The notes beneath the pieces were generated by a model. The model was not told the DNA's origin and searched no databases. It was given only the letters and a program-made list of their open reading frames with translations. A stretch of DNA of 46,456 nucleotides from an uncultured Candidatus Saccharibacteria bacterium (GTDB taxonomy: Bacteria; Patescibacteriota; Minisyncoccia; UBA10092). Of the stretch, positions 27,396-37,058 are shown piece by piece (position 1 is the stretch's first letter; every line of letters starts with the position of its first letter). The DNA is taken from NCBI GenBank assembly GCA_964495505.1, contig CAZBVM010000002.1, positions 1 through 46,456 on the forward strand, read 5' to 3'. The position numbers and the translations under genes are program-made.

Positions 27396-28034
27396 TTATT
27401 TTCTCATTTCCAGTAATATAACGCCCAAAAATAACGGCTGAAGAAAAAATACTTTATAATTAGCAGTAATGCTTTTACCGATTTCGCCCAGACTGCGATG
27501 AGTAAAAAACTTCTGTTCTGGCCAGGGCCAAAATTTTCTTAAAACTATCGGCCGAGTAACAACATACCACAAATAGAGATACGAATATAAATACGGAACG
27601 CTTATCAGGGCGATCCCTCCGGTCTTAGTAGCTTTAAAATGTTCTCGCGCCAGCTGCTCCGAATCTTCATAATGTTCTATAAGACCCTGACTCCAAACAA
27701 AATCAAACTCTTCTTTATAGGGCAGATTGCGGCAATCTCCTTTTACAAATTCTACGTTGGTTATTTCTTTCTTTTGAGCATTGGCTTTTGAGATCTCCAG
27801 AGAGTTTTGAGAGATATCTAAACCGACAGCCCGATCAATAGCCGGCGCGATTTCCAGTAATAAAGTTGAAGTGCCGCATCCGATTTCCAGAAAAGACATA
27901 TTTTTAAAAACATATCGAGAAACAAGTCGAAAAAAGAACCGATTGTAAACGCGTCGGCCCAAATGGATGAATTTAGATACCATGTTTCTTCGGGACCAAA
28001 CATGATCCCAGCTTCTTTCGTGATTTGACTCCAT
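27396..28034 (-). CDS. Class I SAM-dependent methyltransferase
   Basis: Motif I is FLEIGCGTSTLLLEI. WSQGLIEHYED is also present. Confidence 0.8.
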   Translation of the reverse strand: MESNHERSWDHVWSRRNMVSKFIHLGRRVYNRFFFRLVSRYVFKNMSFLEIGCGTSTLLLEIAPAIDRAVGLDISQNSLEISKANAQKKEITNVEFVKGDCRNLPYKEEFDFVWSQGLIEHYEDSEQLAREHFKATKTGGIALISVPYLYSYLYLWYVVTRPIVLRKFWPWPEQKFFTHRSLGEIGKSITANYKVFFLQPLFLGVILLEMRK

Positions 28035-28068
28035 GATATTTATTATTAATTATACTAACTTTAACATT

Positions 28069-29211
28069 TTACTGAATAAAGTCCAGTATCTTTTTTGCGC
28101 GGCTATTCCATGTGTATTTTTTGACGTCGGCTGCCGCCTGCTGGCTCAAATGAAGCCCTAGTGTCTTGCTGGATTTGAGCATTTTGACGGCGCGTGCCAA
28201 GTCGCTAGCATCATCCGGTTGAAAAAATAGCGCGTTTTTATCGTTTAAAATTTCGCGAAGCGCCGGCAAATCCGAAGCAATAATCGGTCGGCTGCTTGCC
28301 ATATATTCAAACAGTTTGAGCGGCGAAGCGTAAAAAGCGTAATGCGGCTTATTTGGAAAAGGAATAACTAGAACATCCATGGCTTTTGTATATTTTATTG
28401 CCCTAAGCCGCAGTTGATAATCAAAAAAAAGGCACTGTGAGGCAACATTAAGGCGATTTGAAAATGTTTTATAATCTTTGATTTCTAATTTTTCTCCGCC
28501 GACAAAAACTATTTTCACGTTCTTGTCCAAAAGCGGCAAGACCTCAATCATAGTTTTAATCCCCTTTTCCATCCCCAGTGTTTTAAATCTTCCCACATAA
28601 CCCACTAGAAATTCATCCAAAGGAAGGCCCAATTCCATTCTCAATTCATCCTTGGTTTGAGAAACGGATTCAAAAATCTCCAAATCTACGGCATCGGAAG
28701 CCACCGTGATTTTTTCCGGCGCTATCTCCTGTTTAATCAACAAATTCTTAAGGCCATTCGTTATGGCAACAATTTTGTGCGCTTTATTCCAAATTTTTTT
28801 GTGAAGCCACGCGTTTTTAGGAAAACTATGGATTTCATAAACAAATTTTTTTCCCAAAAATGACAAAAACTGTCCGACAAACTGGTCTCGGGAATAAAAA
28901 ATATCCGTTTGAATTCTGGATAAAACGGGCCAAAGAAAAAAAATGAAACTGATTGATTCAATAAAGTTCGCCAGTCGGCCCAAATACTTTGAAAATGGAA
29001 TGAAATCCAAAACGGATATCTTTCTAATAATAAACAATCTGCGAATATTATAGTAGGAAAAAGGATCTTCTTTTATTGCATTGAGGCGCCGCGGCATCCA
29101 AAGTTCAACTTCAGTACCGGCATTGGAAAACGCTTCACACATTTTCATAATTTGAAAGCCGTGGGCTTTTTCTGTCGGGATTCTTGAATTTGTTATATAT
29201 ATTATTTTCAT
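28069..29211 (-). CDS. GT4-family glycosyltransferase
   Basis: 380 aa. VGYVGRF...KG and SPLKLFEYMASSRPIIAS. Confidence 0.8.
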   Translation of the reverse strand: MKIIYITNSRIPTEKAHGFQIMKMCEAFSNAGTEVELWMPRRLNAIKEDPFSYYNIRRLFIIRKISVLDFIPFSKYLGRLANFIESISFIFFLWPVLSRIQTDIFYSRDQFVGQFLSFLGKKFVYEIHSFPKNAWLHKKIWNKAHKIVAITNGLKNLLIKQEIAPEKITVASDAVDLEIFESVSQTKDELRMELGLPLDEFLVGYVGRFKTLGMEKGIKTMIEVLPLLDKNVKIVFVGGEKLEIKDYKTFSNRLNVASQCLFFDYQLRLRAIKYTKAMDVLVIPFPNKPHYAFYASPLKLFEYMASSRPIIASDLPALREILNDKNALFFQPDDASDLARAVKMLKSSKTLGLHLSQQAAADVKKYTWNSRAKKILDFIQ

Positions 29212-29804
29212 TTTTTAAGCACAAAAAAATGATGGAGCGGATTTTCAAAAACGAGATAATCTTTCTCAATAATGAATCCTGCGTTTTTCATATCAGATTT
29301 AATTTTTTTGACAGAATAATTTCTTTTGCCTATTTCCCAATAATGTTCCCCTTTAAATTGATGCTTTATTGGATAAGGTAATTTAAAAATAAGTTTCAAT
29401 TTGGGCAACAACGGAATTTTAAGAAGAAATCTTATTGCCGGCCCGAAGTGCGGCAATGATATAACAGCATGGTTTTTAGCGATTCTTTTTATTTCGGAAA
29501 GCGCTTTATTAAAGTCGCCGTAAGGAAGATGTTCAAGCACTTCGGCGCAAAGTACTGCATCAAATTCATTATCTTTAAAAGGCATATTTAAAACTGAAGC
29601 AACAACATCTGGATTTAACAATTTATCAACATCCAAAGTAACGGTTTTTAGTCCTTGCAACTTAAAATATTCTGAAATTAAACCATTGCCCTCTCCGACA
29701 ACTAAAACGCCGGACGGATTAAACTGTAAAATCTCCCGCGCCTGATGCCAGTAACTCGCCCATCTTTTTTTGTCATTATAATTTGGGGAAAGATAATCAT
29801 TCAT
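29208..29804 (-). CDS. Class I SAM-dependent methyltransferase
   Basis: VLVVGEGNGLISEYF and LCAEVLEHLP. ATGA overlap with the downstream GT4. Confidence 0.7.
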   Translation of the reverse strand: MNDYLSPNYNDKKRWASYWHQAREILQFNPSGVLVVGEGNGLISEYFKLQGLKTVTLDVDKLLNPDVVASVLNMPFKDNEFDAVLCAEVLEHLPYGDFNKALSEIKRIAKNHAVISLPHFGPAIRFLLKIPLLPKLKLIFKLPYPIKHQFKGEHYWEIGKRNYSVKKIKSDMKNAGFIIEKDYLVFENPLHHFFVLKK

Positions 29805-29852
29805 TACTTTAATTGAAAAATGGCTATAATCTTGTTATTATAAACCAATCTT

Positions 29853-31718
29853 ATGTGCGCAATCAATGGGTTTAATTTTAAAAACCAGGACTTAATCCTG
29901 CGAATGAATCAGGCCAATGCCCATCGGGGCCCGGATGGCACCGGTATTTTCACTGACGATTCCGTTTCCTTGGGTCATAATCGCTTGAGCATCATCGATT
30001 TATCGGATCGCGCATCACAGCCAATGAAAAGCGCAGACGAAACGCTGGTTATTATATTTAACGGAGAAATTTATAATTTTGAACGGCTTAAGAAAGAACT
30101 GGTAAACGAATATCCTTTTAAAACAAATAGTGATACCGAGGTCATATTGGCGGCATATCAAAAATGGGGACATAATGCGGTAAAAAAATTGAACGGTATT
30201 TTTGCTTTTGCGATTTGGGATTGTAAAAAGAAAGAGCTTTTTATTGCCCGGGACCATCTTGGTATCAAACCTTTCTACTATTGCATCAATGGCAAACAAT
30301 TTATTTTTTCTTCCGAAATAAAAGCGATATTGGAACATCCCATTCCTCGAAAATTTAATACCGAGGCGTTTAATCATTACTTGCGAATTCTTTACGTGCC
30401 GGAACCGCTTACCATGTTCGATGGCATCTATAAATTGCCTCCCGCGAGTTTCGGCGTTGTAAAAGACGGCATTTTGACAATACAAAAATTCTGGCAGGTG
30501 GAGCCGGGAAATTATTTGACAGAACCCCAGGCATACATAGAAAGAGAGGTTTTTAATAAAATATCGGCGTCCGTCGAACAGCAGTTGATTTCTGACAGAC
30601 CACTCGGAATATATTTATCGGGAGGCATCGATTCAAGCACCATCCTTCACTGCGTAGCCCAAAAGTATCGGAAAATTAACACATTTTCCGTGGGATTTAA
30701 TCTCCGAAACGAAAAAGTGGAAGAGAAATTCAATACAGATCTTTATCTGGCAAGAAAAACCGCAATGCATTACGGCGCCAGCCATCACGAAGTGATGTTA
30801 TCAACTGAAGACGTGCCCGAACTATTCACAAAAGCGATACGGCATATGGACGAACCGATTTCAAATCCAACGGCTCTCGCAATGATAAAACTGGCGGCTT
30901 TCGCAAAAGACAGGGTTACGGTGGCGTTGGGGGGCGATGGCGGAGATGAACTTTTCGGAGGTTATGAAAGGTATCGTCTCAGTTTAATTGCAAGCTATTA
31001 TCAAAAGCTCCCCCGCGCGCTTCGAATTCTGTTTTCGTGGAATGATAAATTAAGAAAATTGAACACCGCCACCGGCATAGATAGATTTACACTTTTTATG
31101 TTTCAAAAGAACGGCATTTTAGAAAGAACAATACATCCTGAATGGCTGAATAAGACAATCTCTGAGGAATTTTTCAATAAGAAATATTTTATTCCCGGGC
31201 GCAATCGGCGTTTTGAGGAAATATTTATGAATACCGACAGGCAAAGCTGGCTTGTCGATCAGTCGCTGATGTTAACAGATAAAATGTCTATGGCATCCGG
31301 ACTTGAGGTGCGGGTGCCATTATTAGATAAAGATCTGGTTGAACTAGCCGCGCGAATTCCTCTTAAATACAAAGTAAGCCCTTTCAACACAAAAATTATC
31401 TTAAAATCAGCGGTAAAGGGGCGAATACCATCGTTTCTTTTGGACCAGCCCAAAAGAGGCTGGTTTGCGCCCGGCGCCAAATGGCTGCGATATCCGTCTG
31501 TTTATACATTCGCCCAGAACGTTCTTTCGCCCGAATATTATTCAGAAACATCGCCGATTTTTTCATGGAAGGAAATTAAGAAAATCTTAGATGACCATTG
31601 CGCCGGACGCCAATATAATTTAGTAATATTATGGGCGCTAATGACATTCCAACTATGGGCGCGCGAATTTAATATAAGCGGCAGCGCAAAACATTTCCCC
31701 GATGATGCGAGGAATTAA
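29853..31718 (+). CDS. Asparagine synthase (glutamine-hydrolysing)-family amidotransferase
   Basis: The MCAINGF N-terminus gives a Cys2 nucleophile. The PP-loop is YLSGGIDSSTIL. 621 aa. Confidence 0.85.
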   Translation: MCAINGFNFKNQDLILRMNQANAHRGPDGTGIFTDDSVSLGHNRLSIIDLSDRASQPMKSADETLVIIFNGEIYNFERLKKELVNEYPFKTNSDTEVILAAYQKWGHNAVKKLNGIFAFAIWDCKKKELFIARDHLGIKPFYYCINGKQFIFSSEIKAILEHPIPRKFNTEAFNHYLRILYVPEPLTMFDGIYKLPPASFGVVKDGILTIQKFWQVEPGNYLTEPQAYIEREVFNKISASVEQQLISDRPLGIYLSGGIDSSTILHCVAQKYRKINTFSVGFNLRNEKVEEKFNTDLYLARKTAMHYGASHHEVMLSTEDVPELFTKAIRHMDEPISNPTALAMIKLAAFAKDRVTVALGGDGGDELFGGYERYRLSLIASYYQKLPRALRILFSWNDKLRKLNTATGIDRFTLFMFQKNGILERTIHPEWLNKTISEEFFNKKYFIPGRNRRFEEIFMNTDRQSWLVDQSLMLTDKMSMASGLEVRVPLLDKDLVELAARIPLKYKVSPFNTKIILKSAVKGRIPSFLLDQPKRGWFAPGAKWLRYPSVYTFAQNVLSPEYYSETSPIFSWKEIKKILDDHCAGRQYNLVILWALMTFQLWAREFNISGSAKHFPDDARN

Positions 31719-32741
31719 GTTGTCCAGATTGTGACTATAAACTGCAATTTCCCGCAATTGATTTTGCAGATTTTCGTTTTGATATAATTTTTTGTAAAAA
31801 ATATTATTTAATTTCTCCGTTAAATCGGTCTCATTCTCCGCTTTAAAAATCAAATTCGACGCGATTTCTCTCGGGAAAACCGTCAAAAAAGCGGTATTTG
31901 AGGTCAAAGGAATCATACCCGAAGCCATTGCTTCTAAAACAACTTTGTCCAAGCCGCCGGAGGGAACAGTGTTAACGAGAATTTCAGCATCGGCGAAATA
32001 TCCCGGCATTTTATTGTAAGAAACAGCGCCGGAAAATTCTACGTTATCCTCGATTCCGAGTTCAATAACCATTTTTTTTAGAAAATCTGAATATTTAAGG
32101 TGATGCTCTTGAATCACGCCCCCGATGATTTTTAATTTCAAGTTGTAACCTGATTTTATTAAATCCGCCACAGCTCGGATAATCAAATGGTGCCCTTTAG
32201 ATGGTGTAATCCTTCCTACCGACAAAATCGTAATTTTGTCTTGTATTTGGTATTTAGTATTTGGTATTTGGAATTTATTGATATCAATACCGTGGCCAGT
32301 AACGATCCGTTTTGGTGTATTAATTCTCATTGCCGCTTCGTGCGCAGTAAAAACTTTCTTGCAAAATAAAACCGCCAAGCGGAGCTTCCAATGAACTGAA
32401 ACGCCCGTGTACCACATAAAAATTGGTTTTCTGTAAAAAAACGCGACTGGCGCCGCTAAAATTACATATTTCGGAACCATGTGAACCAAAATAGCATCGG
32501 ATTTGCCGATAATTTTAAATAATCCAGCGTAAAAACCAAAAAGTTTTCCGAAAAAACCCACTCCTTTTTCCTTACCCATGCTCACAACCTTCATGTTCGG
32601 CTCTGTCGGTTCGGAACGCTTTTCAAGCGCTAAAATATAAACGTTTTCAAGTCGTTCCGCCAATTTGTTCCACCAATCAATAAAAACGCCGAGATTGGAG
32701 TCATTAATGTCATATTTTTGGGTTATAACCAAAAGTTTCAT
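31653..32741 (-). CDS. GT4-family glycosyltransferase
   Basis: ILSVGRITPSKG and GGLDKVVLEAMASGMIPLTS. Its 3' end overlaps the convergent asnB-like gene by 66 nt. Confidence 0.8.
   Translation of the reverse strand: MKLLVITQKYDINDSNLGVFIDWWNKLAERLENVYILALEKRSEPTEPNMKVVSMGKEKGVGFFGKLFGFYAGLFKIIGKSDAILVHMVPKYVILAAPVAFFYRKPIFMWYTGVSVHWKLRLAVLFCKKVFTAHEAAMRINTPKRIVTGHGIDINKFQIPNTKYQIQDKITILSVGRITPSKGHHLIIRAVADLIKSGYNLKLKIIGGVIQEHHLKYSDFLKKMVIELGIEDNVEFSGAVSYNKMPGYFADAEILVNTVPSGGLDKVVLEAMASGMIPLTSNTAFLTVFPREIASNLIFKAENETDLTEKLNNIFYKKLYQNENLQNQLREIAVYSHNLDNLIPRIIGEMFCAAAYIKFARP
32243..32277. repeat. Imperfect heptanucleotide tandem repeat (GTATTTG-type, 5 units) inside the GT4 interdomain linker
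   Basis: GTATTTG GTATTTA GTATTTG GTATTTG GAATTTA, translated as IPNTKYQIQ. It is immediately preceded by an 8-bp-stem palindrome GACAAAAT-CGTA-ATTTTGTC (32221-32240). Confidence 0.75.
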
Positions 32742-33881
32742 TTATTTTTTTAAATATTTTGATATCTGTAAAATGGTCGCGATGACAAAGTAAATAAATA
32801 CGGGTACTATTGGCAAAAGATAGCGCAATAAACTGGGAGGATTATTGAAAATTCCATAAAATATAAGATAAGACCAAAACCAGCCTTCCAAAACTAAAAC
32901 TTGCCCAACCTTATTACCCTTTGCTAAATATCTAAAACTAAGAATGGATATAATCAAGAAAAATGTTGTTACGATTATAAACCATAAAAAATAATGGGTA
33001 GGCGAAAAATTACTGAAATTAAGCCAAAAATTAGCCAAGTTAAAGGATTTTGAGGTAATACCGTGGACCGTGAAACCAATTCGCCACGGCGATCCGAATG
33101 CCTTCCAATTATAAAATAACTGCGGCAAATAAAATAAAAATGAAAAAAATCCGTACCAAATTGCATTTTTAAATTTCTTAAAGTATAGAAATGACGCTAA
33201 AATAATTAAAAACGTCCAGATATTTGTGGCTCTTGTTAAAATCGCCATTCCGCTAATCAGAGATAAAACGACCACGTACTTCAACTTGGTGTCGCCATCT
33301 CCATGGAGAGCGGAAAATTTATTAAAAAATATAAAAAATGTAAGATAAACAAAAAGAGCCGAGATATAATCAGAGGCTATCACAATCCATAATTGGTAAT
33401 GAAAAGCCGGGATAACGCTGCGGTATTGAATAATCTTGCCGAATGCTAAGAGCAGCCACGGATAAACGACAAATGTAAATGCGGCTATCGCCGCTATTTT
33501 TTTCGAATTGAATAGCCGCTTCGCAATCAGAGCAACGAGAATCAGCGCTATCAGAAAAAGAATAAATGTTTGAAAAATGAAAACCGGTTTGGCAATATCA
33601 ACGGGAAACTTAGCCTGAGTTAAATAGACAATGGGAGCGAAAAAAATCGGCGCTCCAAGGCTTTCCGCGGCATTTCTCGCTTGTCCTGCAATTAATCCTT
33701 CGGCTATGTTAAAATAGTCCACCTCATCCGATTGATAAGATTCATTAAAATGCGGCCGGAAACCCCCAAGTTGCATATCAGTGAAAGGAATATTATTCAT
33801 AACTAAAATTATCAGAAAAAAACGCAATAAAACTAATCCCACCACAATCCAAATAAAAGTTTTTTTGCTTATATCAAACAT
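32742..33881 (-). CDS. GT-C-like polytopic membrane protein (PMT_2/ArnT-like)
   Basis: 379 aa with multiple TM segments. The first-loop motif is QSDEVDYFNIAEGL. Confidence 0.6.
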   Translation of the reverse strand: MFDISKKTFIWIVVGLVLLRFFLIILVMNNIPFTDMQLGGFRPHFNESYQSDEVDYFNIAEGLIAGQARNAAESLGAPIFFAPIVYLTQAKFPVDIAKPVFIFQTFILFLIALILVALIAKRLFNSKKIAAIAAFTFVVYPWLLLAFGKIIQYRSVIPAFHYQLWIVIASDYISALFVYLTFFIFFNKFSALHGDGDTKLKYVVVLSLISGMAILTRATNIWTFLIILASFLYFKKFKNAIWYGFFSFLFYLPQLFYNWKAFGSPWRIGFTVHGITSKSFNLANFWLNFSNFSPTHYFLWFIIVTTFFLIISILSFRYLAKGNKVGQVLVLEGWFWSYLIFYGIFNNPPSLLRYLLPIVPVFIYFVIATILQISKYLKK

Positions 33882-35259
33882 TGTTTAGCGCTTTATTAAT
33901 ACGGATAATGCCCGCTATGGCAAAAATAAAAATGAACGGATTAACGGGAAGCCGGTAGCGCGCCGTAATTAAAGGCGAAGTAATAGCAGAAAAATATATC
34001 AATAAAACAGCAATAAAAACCAGAGTTAATTTTGCGATATTGTATCCGCCGCGCCAACAGAATATAAAACCAACAAACGCTAATACCGCAATTACGAACC
34101 AAACCAATCCCCCAATCAGAAAGACATAAATATCTCCGGGCGCATCAGCAAGAATTTTTAGGCCTCTTAAAACTTTACCATCAGAAAAATTCAATATCAA
34201 ATCATTTCTGAAAGTTCCGCCCAATAATATCGGCTTTCCCAAAAGACGGCCGACTAATCCATCATAACCGCTGCTAAAGAAAAACAAGGGCATATAGCCA
34301 AGATGAATTTTTAGATAGTCCCATTTATAACTCCAAAGCATCTTAGCCGCTTCTTTGCCCATGAGAGCGTCATATTCCCGATTGCCGTAAGGAGGCAAGC
34401 CATAAGTATTAAGCTCGCCCGGATCAAAACCGCGGTTCTTAACAAGATAATTCCTTAAAACATCGTAATGATAGCCAAGAGTGTGCCCTTGATTGCTTGA
34501 AATTTGCCAAGTATTTAAAATGATTTTATTTCGAACAAGCCAAATGCCGACAAGCGAATAAACGGCTAAAATCGCAGCCAAACCAAGAATCAGCAGGCCA
34601 TTTTTCGGCACTCTTCTTTTTTCCTTAAAAAGGATAAATAAAATTAAAAGCGGTAAAAAATAGAAAATCATTGGCTTAATTAAAGCGGCGACTGAAAATA
34701 AAAATAGGGAAATAAAAAGTAATTTTTTATTTCCGGATCTAAGGTATTTTAAAAATCCCCAACAAGCTATAAGAAAAATTGGCACAAAAAATTGTTCGGA
34801 AAATAAAAGACCGGCGTAATATAAAGAAAGCGGTTCCACCATAAAAATTGCCGCTGCCCAGAAAGCTATTTTTTTATTGGCGATAATTTCCATGGAAATA
34901 AGATGAGTTAAAGGAACGGATAGGGCGAATAATAATGCGCCCAAAAAAATCGCCGGGGCAAAAGATTTAAAAATGACGTATATCAAAGCAAGCCAAAAAA
35001 CATATCCCGGAGTTATGAAATTCGTGGGGTGTAATGGTAATGGTGGTTCTCCGGTCTGGCCGGCGCCATCAATAGAAAAAGCATTATATTTCAAAAAATT
35101 TTTTGCCGCCTGCATGAAAGACATCGAATCGTCGTTTATTGGCATAAAAAAAGAAAAACCATAATACCAGCCAATTAATAAAATAACGGTTAAGTAAACC
35201 GCGGATGCCGCGAGCCACCAGCGAAAAAAAATTTTTGAATTTTGATTAAAATTAAACAT
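33874..35259 (-). CDS. GT-C-like polytopic membrane protein (PMT_2/ArnT-like)
   Basis: The track start 35268 is TTG, so the ATG at 35259 (MFNFNQ...) is preferred. The loop motif is INDDSMSFMQAAKNF. More than 10 TM segments. Confidence 0.6.
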   Translation of the reverse strand: MFNFNQNSKIFFRWWLAASAVYLTVILLIGWYYGFSFFMPINDDSMSFMQAAKNFLKYNAFSIDGAGQTGEPPLPLHPTNFITPGYVFWLALIYVIFKSFAPAIFLGALLFALSVPLTHLISMEIIANKKIAFWAAAIFMVEPLSLYYAGLLFSEQFFVPIFLIACWGFLKYLRSGNKKLLFISLFLFSVAALIKPMIFYFLPLLILFILFKEKRRVPKNGLLILGLAAILAVYSLVGIWLVRNKIILNTWQISSNQGHTLGYHYDVLRNYLVKNRGFDPGELNTYGLPPYGNREYDALMGKEAAKMLWSYKWDYLKIHLGYMPLFFFSSGYDGLVGRLLGKPILLGGTFRNDLILNFSDGKVLRGLKILADAPGDIYVFLIGGLVWFVIAVLAFVGFIFCWRGGYNIAKLTLVFIAVLLIYFSAITSPLITARYRLPVNPFIFIFAIAGIIRINKALNNV

Positions 35260-35260
35260 A

Positions 35261-35932
35261 TCAATCAAAAAATCTATATTTTAACAAAGTCCAAATACTT
35301 ATAATACCATCCCTGAACCCCAATTTTTTGCCCTGGAGTTTTGTTCTCGGGAAATATTGCGTTTGGATCTGAATAATTTTTTCTTTCCGCTTCAGAAGCT
35401 TGGCGGTAATTTCTTCGCATATTTGGAAACGATTGCTTTTTAAATTAAGATTTTGCCAAAGTTCCCGAACCATCACTTTGTAGCCGTTATTAACATCTTT
35501 AATATTCCCGCCATATAGCAGATTTGTTATTAAACTGACGGTTTTACCACCCCACCAGTAAATACTGCGTAAATTATTGGAATCCCTAAAGCCAAACACG
35601 GCGCGAGTTTTATTCTCTTCAATGGGCTCTATCAACCGTAAAATATTTTGGGGATCGGTTTCTAAATCGGCATCCTGAATAACAATGATATCGCCCTTTG
35701 CTCTTGTTAATCCAAGTTTTATTGCCGCGCCTTTTCCTAAATTATTTTGATGAGTAATTAATTTTATCTTGCCTTCGTCGTGCAACTTAATTAAAATATT
35801 TTTCGAACCGTCGGTAGAACCATCATCGACGGCAATAATTTCTTTATCAATATCAAGATCTTCAACCTTTTTTATAATTTCTTCAACGGTTTTTACTTCG
35901 TTAAAAACCGGAATTATAATTGATATTTTCAT
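35261..35932 (-). CDS. GT2 glycosyltransferase (Dpm1-like, soluble)
   Basis: MKISIIIPVFNEVKTV...AVDDGSTDGS...IQDADLE. Confidence 0.8.
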   Translation of the reverse strand: MKISIIIPVFNEVKTVEEIIKKVEDLDIDKEIIAVDDGSTDGSKNILIKLHDEGKIKLITHQNNLGKGAAIKLGLTRAKGDIIVIQDADLETDPQNILRLIEPIEENKTRAVFGFRDSNNLRSIYWWGGKTVSLITNLLYGGNIKDVNNGYKVMVRELWQNLNLKSNRFQICEEITAKLLKRKEKIIQIQTQYFPRTKLQGKKLGFRDGIISIWTLLKYRFFD

Positions 35933-37058
35933 AAATTTCCATTATCTTTTGAGTGATTATCGGCCAATCCTTTTGTTTAATATCTTCAAAATTTTTATCG
36001 TGCATTTTCTGCTTTAGATTTTCATCGCCAATTGATTTTATCACCGCCTTAGCCAGCGCCTCGCTATTTTTTTCTTCAACCAACAATCCGTTTTCTCCTT
36101 CTCTTACCAAATAAGAATTACCTCCAACTTTGGTGGCAATAATCGGCAGGCCGGCAGCCATTGCTTCCATTATTGAAGTGGGATTGCCTTCGCGATCGCC
36201 TCCGGTGCTAACAGACGCTAAAACAAAAATATCCGCCACTTTTAGATACTCTACAACTTTATCATGATTTTGACGGCCTAAAAAGTAAACCCCATCAACA
36301 CTTTTAGCCTGTTTTTCTAATTCAATTCTATCGGGCCCATCGCCTATTATAATCAGAGTAGCTCCGCTAAACTTTTCTTTAACCGTTTTAAAGGCATCAA
36401 TCAAATATTTAAATCCTTTCGCCGATCTTAAAACCCCGATGGAAATGATAATCGGCTTAGAATATTGATTACTCAGAGCTATAATTTTATTGCTGTCAGT
36501 CTTTTTAAATTCGGACAAATAAATTCCGCTCGAAATTATAGCCAGTTTATTTTCCGGAACACCGATGCCTTTTAAATCATTAGCGATTTCTTCGCTAACA
36601 CAAATTATTTTGTTGATATTTTTAAAATATCTTGCATTCTCGTGTTTTAATAGTCGTTTGTTCAAGCCGGCGTGAATGGTGAGTACCGCTGGAATTTTTA
36701 ATTTTTTGGAAAGTTTTCCGCCAAAATACGCTTCAACAAAATCACCGTGTAGATGAATGATGTCATATGGATTTTTCGCGTGATATTTTTTAACTTGCCG
36801 CGCAGCCCAAAAATTAAACCAAAAACGCCGCGCCTTGCTGTAAAGCGGCAAAAACTGCAGCGGCATTTTATAAACGCTGAACTCTTTGAAGTCCGATTTC
36901 AAAAATTCCCCGAAGTCGGACTTCATAGTTCCGCCGTAACCAATAAAAATTTCTACTTGATGGCCAAGTTTAATTTGCTCCTGCGAAAGAATTAACCCAT
37001 GCCTTTCCATACCTCCTACATGTGGTGGGAAGTACTCTATAATCCTTGCGATTTTCAT
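35901..37058 (-). CDS. GT4-family glycosyltransferase carrying an in-frame palindromic repeat element
   Basis: EGNPTSIMEAMAAGLPIIAT. The N-domain contains MKSDFGEFLKSDFKE, which derives from the repeat. Confidence 0.85.
   Translation of the reverse strand: MKIARIIEYFPPHVGGMERHGLILSQEQIKLGHQVEIFIGYGGTMKSDFGEFLKSDFKEFSVYKMPLQFLPLYSKARRFWFNFWAARQVKKYHAKNPYDIIHLHGDFVEAYFGGKLSKKLKIPAVLTIHAGLNKRLLKHENARYFKNINKIICVSEEIANDLKGIGVPENKLAIISSGIYLSEFKKTDSNKIIALSNQYSKPIIISIGVLRSAKGFKYLIDAFKTVKEKFSGATLIIIGDGPDRIELEKQAKSVDGVYFLGRQNHDKVVEYLKVADIFVLASVSTGGDREGNPTSIMEAMAAGLPIIATKVGGNSYLVREGENGLLVEEKNSEALAKAVIKSIGDENLKQKMHDKNFEDIKQKDWPIITQKIMEIYENINYNSGF
36888..36924. repeat. Hairpin element: GAAGTCCGATTTC - AAAAATTCCCC - GAAGTCGGACTTC (13-bp stem including one G:U pair)
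   Basis: Read directly. Same family as 42604-42639 and 43372-43444. Confidence 0.85.

Noticed and set aside
31653-31718. 66-nt convergent overlap of the asnB-like and GT4 3' ends as a sign of misassembly or an antisense regulatory unit
   Set aside because: Both ORFs keep sensible C-termini. Overlap of convergent ends is plausible in a compact genome and there is nothing further to support regulation.
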